Virus record (IMG/VR): IMGVR_UViG_3300045988_127269 | Strand: one strand, 5' to 3' | Length of the DNA: 35,477 nt | Origin: a virus | Made by a program: the position numbers and the translations under genes | Part shown: piece after piece, positions 1 through 8,067 of the stretch | Layout of the letters: each line of letters opens with the position of its first letter | Numbering within the stretch: position 1 is the stretch's first letter | The notes under the pieces: model-generated | Databases searched by the model: none | What the model saw: the letters and a program-made list of their open reading frames with translations, nothing else | Told to the model about the DNA's origin: nothing

Positions 1-140
1 AATAACACCTCATTTGCCTAAATTTGAGTATATTATAACACAAATACCTATATTGTAAAATAGTTATCTTCAATTTAAGTCAAATCGCAGATAGTTAAAA
101 TCTTTATTACTTTCTTTTAAAATAGATATATTGGGAGGAG

Positions 141-392
141 GTGATTAAGATGATACAAGTTAAAGTAAATGAATTATTAAAGAAACAAAAGAAGTCAAAA
201 TATTGGTTTGTAAAAAATATGGAAGGAGGTTATCAATCACTTACTAGAATGATGAATAATGAAACAAATAGTATTAAATTTGATACATTAGAAAAAATGT
301 GTGATTTATTCGATTGTGAAATAGGAGATATTATTGTTAGAAAAAAAGGAAAAAGAAAAAATAAAGATAAAGGAAATAAAAAAGATGAGTAA
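141..392 (+). CDS. Small XRE/Cro-type helix-turn-helix regulator
   Basis: GGGAGGAGGTGATT RBS upstream; protein VKVNELLKKQKKSKYWFVKNMEGGYQSLTRMMNNETNSIKFDTLEKMCDLFDCEIGDII has the Cro/C1 HTH pattern ending in the typical LCDLFDCxxxDII. Confidence 0.8.
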   Translation: MIKMIQVKVNELLKKQKKSKYWFVKNMEGGYQSLTRMMNNETNSIKFDTLEKMCDLFDCEIGDIIVRKKGKRKNKDKGNKKDE

Positions 393-768
393 ATTAATGA
401 AACAATATCAAGAATTTAAAAAAGAAGATCCAGATTCAATTTATATTTTTCAAGTTGGTATTTTTTACAATATATTAAATGAAGATGCTAGAATAGTATC
501 TAATAAAATTGGATTAAAATTAACCAATTTAAGTCCAGAGATTATAAAGTGTGGTTTTCCAATCGCCAAATTAGATAAATACACACAATTGCTTGATTCT
601 CACAACTTAAAATATAAATTAGTTCCTACTCATGCATCTTCTAATCAAAATACTTTTTACAACAATATTATTAAACAGATTGAAAATATTGACCTAAATA
701 ATACTACTTGTAAAGAGGCTTTTGATATACTATATAATATACAACAAAATTTAAAGAATATACAATAA
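385..768 (+). CDS. Stand-alone MutS N-terminal (domain I)-like protein
   Basis: MKQYQEFKKEDPDSIYIFQVGIFYNILNEDARIVSNKIGLKLTNL...KCGFPIAKLDKYTQLLDSHNLKYKLV resembles MutS domain I (MxQYxxxKxxxPDxxLFFRxGDFYExFxEDAxxxSxxLxLxLT...CGxPxHxxxxYxxxLxxxGxKVAI). Probable start ATG at 385 after AAAGGAAAT, overlapping the HTH ORF. Confidence 0.65.
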   Translation: MSKLMKQYQEFKKEDPDSIYIFQVGIFYNILNEDARIVSNKIGLKLTNLSPEIIKCGFPIAKLDKYTQLLDSHNLKYKLVPTHASSNQNTFYNNIIKQIENIDLNNTTCKEAFDILYNIQQNLKNIQ

Positions 769-789
769 TAGGGAGATTATTTCTCCCTA

Positions 790-1845
790 CTATATTTTTA
801 ATACTTGTCCTACATAAATTTTGTTTGGATTTGTTATTCCATTTTTCTTTGCAATTTGTTGATATGTAGTTCCATATTTAGCAGCAATTCCTGATAAAGT
901 ATCTCCAGCTTTTACAATATATGTTTTTGACGAACTTGAATTTGATGTTTTATTTACTATGTCTTGAACTTCATTATATCTAGAACCTAAAACAATCTTT
1001 CTAGTTTCTCCATTTCCATATTTACCGCTTTTCACTTCACTTGCTAATATATTTACATCTGCTGAATGTATATGATTTATAAAGTCTTGTACTTCGTTAT
1101 ATCTAGAACCTAAATTATTTTTTCTAGTCTCTCCATCGCCATAGTTACCATTCATTACACCTACTGCTAAATCTAATGTACTTCCTGTTGGTTCATTATT
1201 TGTTGGTGTTGATGGTTGTGTATTTGTTGGACTTCCACCACCAATTATTGATGGGTAATCTTTATATGCTTCATTCATATCCACATTACCAGATATACCA
1301 TTTACACTACCACTAGATGTGTATTGCCATATTCCATAAATGTTTTTATCAAATGATGCTCCTTTATTCCACCATGCAATCCATTTATCAAATCTATTTA
1401 GTCTTGAAGAATTTAGCTTTGTATCGAACCATGATTTTGAAGCATAAATTGCTGCATAGTATCCTGCTTCTTCAAACATTAAACATTCTTTTTCGCAAAT
1501 AGATACTAGAACATCATTTGATGGCATACCATATTTTCTTTTATATCCATCTGCATCTTCCATATCAATAATCACTGGAAATTTTACTTTATCTTTATAT
1601 GGTGCTAAAGTTTTTATTACTAAGTTTGCTTCGTTTATAGCATTGTTTACATTTAATGCATAAGAATATGTATATACACCAAATGGCATTCCTACTCTAA
1701 TACATTCTTCTATATTTCTGATTGCTTTACTATCTACTGAATTTTGACCATAACTAATTCTTATAATTGCAAAATCAATTCCTGCAGCTTTTACTGCATC
1801 CCAATTAATATTACCTTGATGCGCTGATACATCTATACCTTTCAT
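790..1845 (-). CDS. Endolysin: GH25 lysozyme domain, two CW_7 (Cpl-7-like) repeats, C-terminal LysM
   Basis: N-term [32 protein letters not shown] (GH25); two copies of [28 protein letters not shown] (CW_7-like); C-term [43 protein letters not shown] (LysM). Confidence 0.93.
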   Translation of the reverse strand: MKGIDVSAHQGNINWDAVKAAGIDFAIIRISYGQNSVDSKAIRNIEECIRVGMPFGVYTYSYALNVNNAINEANLVIKTLAPYKDKVKFPVIIDMEDADGYKRKYGMPSNDVLVSICEKECLMFEEAGYYAAIYASKSWFDTKLNSSRLNRFDKWIAWWNKGASFDKNIYGIWQYTSSGSVNGISGNVDMNEAYKDYPSIIGGGSPTNTQPSTPTNNEPTGSTLDLAVGVMNGNYGDGETRKNNLGSRYNEVQDFINHIHSADVNILASEVKSGKYGNGETRKIVLGSRYNEVQDIVNKTSNSSSSKTYIVKAGDTLSGIAAKYGTTYQQIAKKNGITNPNKIYVGQVLKI

Positions 1846-1937
1846 TATTCATTACCTCCAAATTCATTTTCATTTCTTTGGATTTCTCCATTTCCTAAAA
1901 CTTCATTTTCTTCCATTGAAAATCCTCCTTAATAAAT

Positions 1938-2225
1938 TTATTTGTTTTTGGCGTCATAAGCTACAACAGCTGTACCAACACCACCAACAGCTGTAATTAC
2001 TGCTGTTATAATGCTATTGGCATCTAAATTTTCAATATGTATTAAGCAACCTATTATAGATGCTATTGCTATTATGATTATGTTTTGTATTGTTATTGGT
2101 AAATCATAATTCCATCCAAAGTGTTTTGACACTTTACCTGCAATATAAGTAAATACTGTTGTTATGACATATACTAAAAATTGAACTGTCATTATTCTTT
2201 TCCTCCTTTCATCAACTTTTCCCAA
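1938..2225 (-). CDS. Phage holin-like membrane protein
   Basis: Small protein with two hydrophobic segments directly upstream of the lysin; VQFLVYVITTVFTYIAGKV and IIIIAIASIIGCLIHIENLD. Confidence 0.7.
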   Translation of the reverse strand: MGKVDERRKRIMTVQFLVYVITTVFTYIAGKVSKHFGWNYDLPITIQNIIIIAIASIIGCLIHIENLDANSIITAVITAVGGVGTAVVAYDAKNK

Positions 2226-2557
2226 CTATCATGAATGTATGTATTTAAATGTAAATCATTTATATAATGATCATATACTTCTGTTGCTCTTTGGATTTGT
2301 ATGTCACTTTTGGAAATTCCATTTTTTATATCTTCTAAAAATTCTGTAAGATAATTTTTACATTGATTTTTATCTAACTTATCTATTCTAGTATCAATTA
2401 TCTCTAGTTTTTCTTCTATTGGTTTCAATGCTTCCTTGAATTTATTGTCAACTGCATTATCAACTGGCTTCTTTATTTTGCTAATAAAACTACAAATTGC
2501 TAAAATTGCATTCAAAAAAGTTGCGATTGATATAATAATCACTGATATATGTTCCAA
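2192..2557 (-). CDS. Membrane-anchored phage protein of the lysis cassette (hypothetical)
   Basis: N-terminal TM helix plus coiled-coil region; overlaps the holin-like gene. Confidence 0.55.
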   Translation of the reverse strand: MEHISVIIISIATFLNAILAICSFISKIKKPVDNAVDNKFKEALKPIEEKLEIIDTRIDKLDKNQCKNYLTEFLEDIKNGISKSDIQIQRATEVYDHYINDLHLNTYIHDSWEKLMKGGKE

Positions 2558-2610
2558 TTTGCTTACTCCTCCTCTCTTGTGATTTTTTCAATAAAAAAGG
2601 CAAAAAAACA

Positions 2611-2650
2611 ACGCTTTAAAATTGATTTTAAGGCGTTTTATTTTTTTATT
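2611..2650. terminator. Intrinsic (probably bidirectional) terminator
   Basis: ACGCTTTAAAA-TTGA-TTTTAAGGCGT stem-loop (one G-T wobble) flanked by T-rich tracts on both sides. Confidence 0.7.
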
Positions 2651-2708
2651 AATATACTTTTATTACTTGAATTTAAGGCATTTTTTATATTTATATTGCG
2701 TAAGCAAA

Positions 2709-2843
2709 TTATTCGTAGTCTTCCCCAGTTATTTCCTTATATTCTTCTTTGGTTATCCATTTTCCAACTGCATTATACACTCTTGCTTCATTCCAAATCC
2801 CATTATCATAAAACCTTTTAACTTTTTCAAAATTTTTACTCAT
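2709..2843 (-). CDS. XkdX-family small protein (absent from supplied ORF track)
   Basis: Translation MSKNFEKVKRFYDNGIWNEARVYNAVGKWITKEEYKEITGEDYE matches the XkdX pattern; GGAGG RBS just upstream. Confidence 0.8.
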   Translation of the reverse strand: MSKNFEKVKRFYDNGIWNEARVYNAVGKWITKEEYKEITGEDYE

Positions 2844-2846
2844 AAT

Positions 2847-3167
2847 TTAGACCTCCTCCATATCAGTATTAGTCATCATTGCGAGATATTCAATATCACC
2901 TTGCATTTTTTGTTTATCTATTTCGTCTTGTGATAATTGTCTTAATACAAAATAATACCCATCTTCATAATGAACTATTTGTACTAATTCAACGTGTTCA
3001 AGTTCTTCTGATGTTTTATCACTTTCATTTTCAATTACAATCTTTGATAATTTACCTTTGAAATCATCTTCAGTTATTTTTGTTTTTGAAATATAATTAT
3101 TTCCACTTAATTTTAAGTCTTTAAGTTGTGTTCCATCAGATAATGTAATTTTCCATGTTTCTTCCAT
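2847..3167 (-). CDS. Phage tail-module hypothetical protein
   Basis: ORF with RBS between RT and XkdX genes; good context, no clear family. Confidence 0.6.
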   Translation of the reverse strand: MEETWKITLSDGTQLKDLKLSGNNYISKTKITEDDFKGKLSKIVIENESDKTSEELEHVELVQIVHYEDGYYFVLRQLSQDEIDKQKMQGDIEYLAMMTNTDMEEV

Positions 3168-4273
3168 TTTGGTACCTCCTTAAATAAATCATAATATAAT
3201 TGTGACATATTACTTATTTGCTGAATTGACATTTTTTTATAATTTCCTGCCATCCAACTTTTAAAACTATTTTCTATGTCACCCTTTTTCATTTTTCCTT
3301 TATCCAAAAGTCTTTTATATGCTTTTAGTTTTCGTCTTTCTCTTGTTAGTGATTTAGGGTTTATCTTTTTGATTATTCTTCCTGTCGATGTTAATGAATA
3401 ATTTATTTGTAATACTTTAAATTGTTGAGATAACTTTGCTATTCTTGTTTTTCTATCATTAACTATCAATCCTAATTCATTTGATATAATTTTTATTTCT
3501 TTTAATATTTGTTTTAGAAATTCTTTATCCTGATGAATAATATAACTATCATCTGTATATCTTCCATAATATTTACAGCCTCTAACAATTTTTATATAAT
3601 TGTCTATTCTTGAAGGATATGATATACCTATATTTTGGCTTGGTTGACTTCCAATATCTACACCTCTACCATTCTTATTATCTATATTAAATACATCAAA
3701 TATATTTTTTAAGATCCACATAGTAATTTGTGCTTCTTCTTTATTTGTTTTTCTCAAAAAATGTTTTATATTTTCTAGACATAAATTATGAGGAATACTT
3801 GCATAATATCCGCTAAAATCAATTAACAATATGTATCCCTCATTACTTTTATATTTTCTATAATATTGATGTAAGTGTGTTTCAAATCTTTTTCTATGAA
3901 AAGCCACACCTCTATTCTTTTGACTTGCACCATTATCATAGATTAAATATGGAGAAATAGCTGGACTTAAAACATTATCGCAAAGTAAATGATTAATTGT
4001 TTTATCAACCATATTATTACTTGTAATATGTCTTATTTTTCCTCGTTCATTTATAGTAAATTTTTTTCCTGCTACTGGTTTATATTTCCACTCTTTCAAA
4101 TCTTTTAAAATTTGTGCTGTTTCTATCAAATGGTTCATTTCGAACAATTGTGATTGATATTTAAAAGGTGCTCCTTGAATTGCCTTTGTTCCAGCTTCAT
4201 AAATTTTATTTGCATCATAAAAAATATTCATAAAAATCACTTTAATAGTATTACTGGTCGTAACCAAATACAT
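3113..4273 (-). CDS. DGR reverse transcriptase (start may be ATG at 4231)
   Basis: RT motifs: LLIDFSGYYASIPH (palm, catalytic Asp), IGSQPSQNIGISYPS (DGR-type GxxxSQ motif 4), YYGRYTDDSYIIHQD (YxDD box), LNEKTRI-like VNDRKTRIAKLSQ; adjacent to TR, Avd and variable protein. Confidence 0.95.
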   Translation of the reverse strand: MYLVTTSNTIKVIFMNIFYDANKIYEAGTKAIQGAPFKYQSQLFEMNHLIETAQILKDLKEWKYKPVAGKKFTINERGKIRHITSNNMVDKTINHLLCDNVLSPAISPYLIYDNGASQKNRGVAFHRKRFETHLHQYYRKYKSNEGYILLIDFSGYYASIPHNLCLENIKHFLRKTNKEEAQITMWILKNIFDVFNIDNKNGRGVDIGSQPSQNIGISYPSRIDNYIKIVRGCKYYGRYTDDSYIIHQDKEFLKQILKEIKIISNELGLIVNDRKTRIAKLSQQFKVLQINYSLTSTGRIIKKINPKSLTRERRKLKAYKRLLDKGKMKKGDIENSFKSWMAGNYKKMSIQQISNMSQLYYDLFKEVPKWKKHGKLHYLMEHNLKT

Positions 4274-4500
4274 AATGATTAGTATTTATCAATTCTGCTA
4301 TTGAAGGGATAATCTTTCCTTTCCTTTTCCCATATCCATACGATGGAATCAAGTCCATATAAATAAATTGTATGGGTTGTGAAATCAGGACGAACACCGT
4401 TGACATTCGAAGCGTTGTTGTAACTCGAATTACCATTGTTGCTGACATTCGCGAAATTCGTAGAAGAAACGACATACAAAGATTACCCACTAATTATTAT
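4274..4500 (-). ncRNA. Template-containing region expected to be transcribed as DGR RNA (TR plus spacer to RT)
   Basis: Region between Avd stop (4497) and RT start includes TR 4381-4475 and a ~105-nt spacer; extent of the RNA is inferred from characterised DGRs. Confidence 0.6.
4381..4475 (-). repeat. DGR template repeat (TR), 95 bp
   Basis: Aligned without gaps to 5151-5245: 76/95 identical, 19 mismatches, all at sense-strand A in this copy. Would encode VVSSTNFANVSNNGNSSYNNASNVNGVRPDF in the VP frame (Asn-rich). Confidence 0.97.
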
Positions 4501-5009
4501 TTTTTTATATTTTTTAAAAACCTATTGTCAGTTTGTCGAAGTGATTTTATCATATTAAATTCTTTTTGAATTTCTAGAACCAAATTCATATACTTATTCA
4601 AATCAGCATATAAACATTCTCCTGCATATTGCAATTCATCTTGAAGTGCATTACAACAAGCCATAGCTCTGTTCATTTCTATACGTCTTTCTTCAAACTC
4701 TGACATATATGTTGGAAATATTGTATTTGCAATTCTTAAATGCCTACTTATTCCTGTTGCTAATTCTATTACATTGTCTGATACTCTATTTATTTGATTT
4801 CTATAAAATTTATACATATTTTCTTTTATTCTTATTTGTTCCTTTTCATCAAGTCCTTTTATTCTATTGTTTATTTTTTCTTCTATTTTTGAAAATGTTA
4901 TATAAAAATTATTTTCTGCTAAATTTGTTACTGCCATTCTTATCATATATGCATTATGAATTGTTTGTAATTTTGATTCTTTTCTTTCACTTTTCTTTAT
5001 CTCTGACAT
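4497..5009 (-). CDS. avd: Accessory variability determinant (Avd-like) helical-bundle protein
   Basis: Helical basic protein located between VR and TR as in classical VP-avd-TR-RT order; contains HLRIANTIFPTYMSEFEERRIEMNRAMACCNALQDELQYAG. Confidence 0.82.
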   Translation of the reverse strand: MSEIKKSERKESKLQTIHNAYMIRMAVTNLAENNFYITFSKIEEKINNRIKGLDEKEQIRIKENMYKFYRNQINRVSDNVIELATGISRHLRIANTIFPTYMSEFEERRIEMNRAMACCNALQDELQYAGECLYADLNKYMNLVLEIQKEFNMIKSLRQTDNRFLKNIKK

Positions 5010-5108
5010 TGCAAAATAATACTATTTCTCCTTTTCTATTTTTTCAACAGAAATTATATCACTTTAATTTTAATATTTTAACTATCTTGAATATTAACTA
5101 TATTATAT

Positions 5109-5129
5109 GACAGGGCATAAAGCCCTGTC
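5109..5129. promoter_or_regulatory. DNA hairpin/cruciform downstream of VR
   Basis: Perfect 8-bp inverted repeat GACAGGGC-ATAAA-GCCCTGTC beginning 21 nt past the VR 3' end; GC-rich in an AT-rich genome; no U-tract follows. Confidence 0.8.
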
Positions 5130-5138
5130 GATGCCTGA

Positions 5139-5999
5139 TTACACGATTAGGAAAGCAGGACGAACACCGCGGACATACGAAGCGGCGTCGGAACCCGAAT
5201 AACCAATGGCGCCGACACCCGCGAAACCCGCAGAAGAAACGACATCTCTTAACCAGTACCAATATCTATCTCCTGCATCATTTCTAGCAACTATTGAATC
5301 ATGTCTTAATCTGAATAATGATAACTGTGAATTGTCTATTTGGTAATTATTAGGGACATTGGTTCCACTCATTGCATTTTTAAATATTTGACAACCATAA
5401 ACCATTATTTCATTCATTAATTCTATATCTGAATCGTACCATGTTCCACCTGTTTCATATCCATTAGAAACTGCATTTTGTAAATGATTTCTATGTTTCA
5501 ATATATGACTTGCTTCAAAATCGTTTTTTATTACTGTTTTAAATTGTGCTAAATTAGTTTTATACATTGCACTACCAATATAAGCTCCATCAGTTATATT
5601 ACTAGCATTCATTTGAGCTGTTCCCATTATTCTTTCCGGTATCATCAAAACATGGGGTTTTGTACATTCTGTATCTCCCATGTGTAATCTATAGTTAATA
5701 TCTGCAACTAAATATTTTCTTTTACTTGTTTTTCCTATGATATAATCTCCAACGAATATATCATCAAATGTTCCTGCTGCAATTTGTTTGCTTAATGTCC
5801 CATCATAAAATAAATCAGTAATATCTTTTCCTCTATAAATACTATTATGTGCACCTGCATTTTTTTCTACAAGTGCAGTAAGTAATGTGGAAATTTTAAC
5901 TTTTTTAGTTGTTCCATTTTCCACATCAACGACAGGTAATATATCTGTTGTTTGAAGATTTTTTAATTCTTCAAGTTCTGAAATTTTTTTAATTCCCAT
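5139..5999 (-). CDS. DGR variable (target) protein; tail-tip/receptor-binding-like with C-terminal CLec/DUF6273-like variable domain
   Basis: C-terminus YWYWLRDVVSSAGFAGVGAIGYSGSDAASYVRGVRPAFLIV contains VR; N-term ISELEELKNLQTTDILPVVD typical of phage structural fibres; located in the tail-tip module. Confidence 0.9.
   Translation of the reverse strand: MGIKKISELEELKNLQTTDILPVVDVENGTTKKVKISTLLTALVEKNAGAHNSIYRGKDITDLFYDGTLSKQIAAGTFDDIFVGDYIIGKTSKRKYLVADINYRLHMGDTECTKPHVLMIPERIMGTAQMNASNITDGAYIGSAMYKTNLAQFKTVIKNDFEASHILKHRNHLQNAVSNGYETGGTWYDSDIELMNEIMVYGCQIFKNAMSGTNVPNNYQIDNSQLSLFRLRHDSIVARNDAGDRYWYWLRDVVSSAGFAGVGAIGYSGSDAASYVRGVRPAFLIV
5151..5245 (-). repeat. DGR variable repeat (VR), 95 bp
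   Basis: Gap-free partner of TR 4381-4475; last codons of the 5139-5999 CDS. Confidence 0.97.
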
Positions 6000-6023
6000 A
6001 ATTGTAAAATCCTCCTTATTTTT

Positions 6024-6887
6024 TTACATTCCAACTACTAATCTTGTATTATCTTCTGTTGCAATATAATATCCATCTTCTGTTATAATTGGCGAAATTG
6101 CATCTTCTAAATTTTCTTTTGTTTCATTTAAAATAGTAGTTAAATTATCTATTTCTAATTGTATTTTTCCTGCTGCATCTTCACTTAATTGTCCTTTCAT
6201 TTTTTCAAACCATAAATTAAAAGTATTTTCTTCTTCATTAAAGAAATCAGACATCATTGTTTTAAAATCTGCGAAATACTTATCGTGTTCCGCTTCTTGA
6301 TCTTCATAATATTTCTTATAAGCTTCTTGCCATTGTGCATATAATGTTGAAGTATCAACTTGATATATTAAACTCGTAATCCATGGACATTCATCACTAC
6401 CTCTACAATCAGTAATTAATTCTTGCGTAATTTTCACACATGAAGGACTAATTTTTATATCTGCCAGTCTAAATTCCACTATATCTTCATCTGTGTTAAT
6501 ACTTGGATGAATTGGATTACTTGATGCATTTCCTTTTCTATACACAATATTTCCAACTCTTCCTGCTTGTGTTTTATCCATTTGAGCTACAATGCTATCA
6601 ATTCTTGTTAAAACTTCTGCATTTTGCGAAAGAGTTATCATAAAATCACTTGGATTTTCAAACCACTTATCCCCAATAATTGCATAACCTGCGGATACAA
6701 CAATATTCATTCCATCATTTGCAGAAAATACTTGTAAATCAGTTGATGGGGTTCCTTGAGGAGTTGCAAAAATACCATTACTTATTAATCTTTTATATGG
6801 TTTATTCATATCATCTGCAGTATATGCCCTATCTTTATTAATTGCACCAAAAAAACCTGCATTTACTGTATATTTTGTGTCATCCAT
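6024..6887 (-). CDS. Phage baseplate/tail-tip protein
   Basis: Position between Gp37-like tail protein and variable protein; YTVNAGFFGAINKDRAYTADDMNKPYKRLISNGIF pattern of baseplate upper proteins. Confidence 0.65.
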   Translation of the reverse strand: MDDTKYTVNAGFFGAINKDRAYTADDMNKPYKRLISNGIFATPQGTPSTDLQVFSANDGMNIVVSAGYAIIGDKWFENPSDFMITLSQNAEVLTRIDSIVAQMDKTQAGRVGNIVYRKGNASSNPIHPSINTDEDIVEFRLADIKISPSCVKITQELITDCRGSDECPWITSLIYQVDTSTLYAQWQEAYKKYYEDQEAEHDKYFADFKTMMSDFFNEEENTFNLWFEKMKGQLSEDAAGKIQLEIDNLTTILNETKENLEDAISPIITEDGYYIATEDNTRLVVGM

Positions 6888-6909
6888 TATCTTTTGCCTC
6901 CTATTTTTA

Positions 6910-8064
6910 TTATTCTACATTTTCAAAAGTAGGTTCCATTGTATAACCTTTTTCATCTTGATTTTCTATAACTTCTGTTATTCTAGCTTTCATAGAAATT
7001 CCATATTCATTTGAAATACTAATAATATCTCCTAAGTTATAATCTTTTTTATATATATAATTAACTCCAATTATAATTTTGCCTTCAAAGGAGATTGTAG
7101 ATTTGTACTGTGCCATTCTTTCATATCCTGTACTTTTCAAACTTTCCATATATACATCATTGCATAATTTAACTTCTGAAATTTCTCCCTTTTCATTTTT
7201 AATAATAATTGCTATATTTTTACCATTTACTTGATAATATATTACTCCATCAATAGTCTTTTCAGTTCCTTTTGGGTAACTACTAAGTAGTTCCGTATAA
7301 TCTATTGAACTTGAAACATCACGAGCATCAATATATAACTCTTTTCTATTGATTCCTATACTTTCTCCAACTGTTACTTTGCTTCTTTCTGCTCCTTCTC
7401 CTTCTCCAGCTATTACTGTAAAATTTTTAATATTAGAATCATCTTTTAAATAATCTGTTGTAGCTATATTATCAAAGTTTTGAGAAAATTTAATGTAATC
7501 ACTTCTATCTTTTCCTTTATATAAAGAAAAGATAAAATTTTTATTTTTTATAATTACTTTATATCCCCAATTATATTGTTTGCATAATTTTTGAATTTTA
7601 TCTCCAATATAATCATAAGTTACTTGTTCTCTTATTTTTTCCGTAAATCCCACTTTATCATCTAAAATAAAGTTTGCAATTTTTCTATTCGAATCTTTAG
7701 GATTTATAATGGAATCATTTATTAGTAATCTTATGTAATCTTCCACTAATCCATTAAAATTAGTTTGACTCATAACTATTCGCTGATTTAATATATTTTT
7801 TATATCTGTGCCTGTGATAATTAATTGATCTCCATTTTCTTCATCTGTTTTTAATTCTACTTTTTTTATTTCACAAGCCATTTCATCATCATCACGAATC
7901 ATATATTTACATTCTTTTATTTTTTTTATATTTTCCCACGAAGCTGATATAACCAATTCACAATCACCTAATGTATTATATCTTGGTGTCCATATAATAC
8001 TTGAATATGTATCAATTATATATTTTTTATTAAGTTCACTGTCTAACAAATAAACTTCATCCAT
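6910..8064 (-). CDS. Siphovirus ReqiPepy6 Gp37-like tail protein
   Basis: MDEVYLLDSELNKKYIIDTYSSIIWTPRYNTLGDCELVI start and order after Dit. Confidence 0.75.
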   Translation of the reverse strand: MDEVYLLDSELNKKYIIDTYSSIIWTPRYNTLGDCELVISASWENIKKIKECKYMIRDDDEMACEIKKVELKTDEENGDQLIITGTDIKNILNQRIVMSQTNFNGLVEDYIRLLINDSIINPKDSNRKIANFILDDKVGFTEKIREQVTYDYIGDKIQKLCKQYNWGYKVIIKNKNFIFSLYKGKDRSDYIKFSQNFDNIATTDYLKDDSNIKNFTVIAGEGEGAERSKVTVGESIGINRKELYIDARDVSSSIDYTELLSSYPKGTEKTIDGVIYYQVNGKNIAIIIKNEKGEISEVKLCNDVYMESLKSTGYERMAQYKSTISFEGKIIIGVNYIYKKDYNLGDIISISNEYGISMKARITEVIENQDEKGYTMEPTFENVE

Positions 8065-8067
8065 ATA

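Noticed and set aside
1-140. Exact attL/attR core repeats at the window ends
   Set aside because: The window ends at the integrase stop codon and I could not find a convincing direct repeat with the left end. Whether 1-789 is phage or host DNA therefore stays unresolved.
2549-3061. Plus-strand ORFs at 2549-2821, 2622-2933 and 2879-3061
   Set aside because: They are antisense to XkdX and a tail-module gene, with Phe/Leu-rich composition typical of the reverse strand of AT-rich genes.
4485-4500. Extension of TR/VR homology beyond 4475/5245 and below 4381/5151
   Set aside because: Identity stops abruptly on both sides, and flanking mismatches are no longer restricted to adenines.
4251-4569. 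ORFs 4251-4490 (-), 4279-4479 (-) and 4372-4569 (+) over the TR
   Set aside because: They are open because TR mirrors coding sequence (VR frame) and because of the base composition. The region is better explained as non-coding DGR template RNA.
5109-5129. Hairpin as a simple rho-independent terminator of the tail operon
   Set aside because: The stem is not followed by a T-tract in either orientation, and its position relative to VR fits a DGR hairpin better. A dual role is not excluded.
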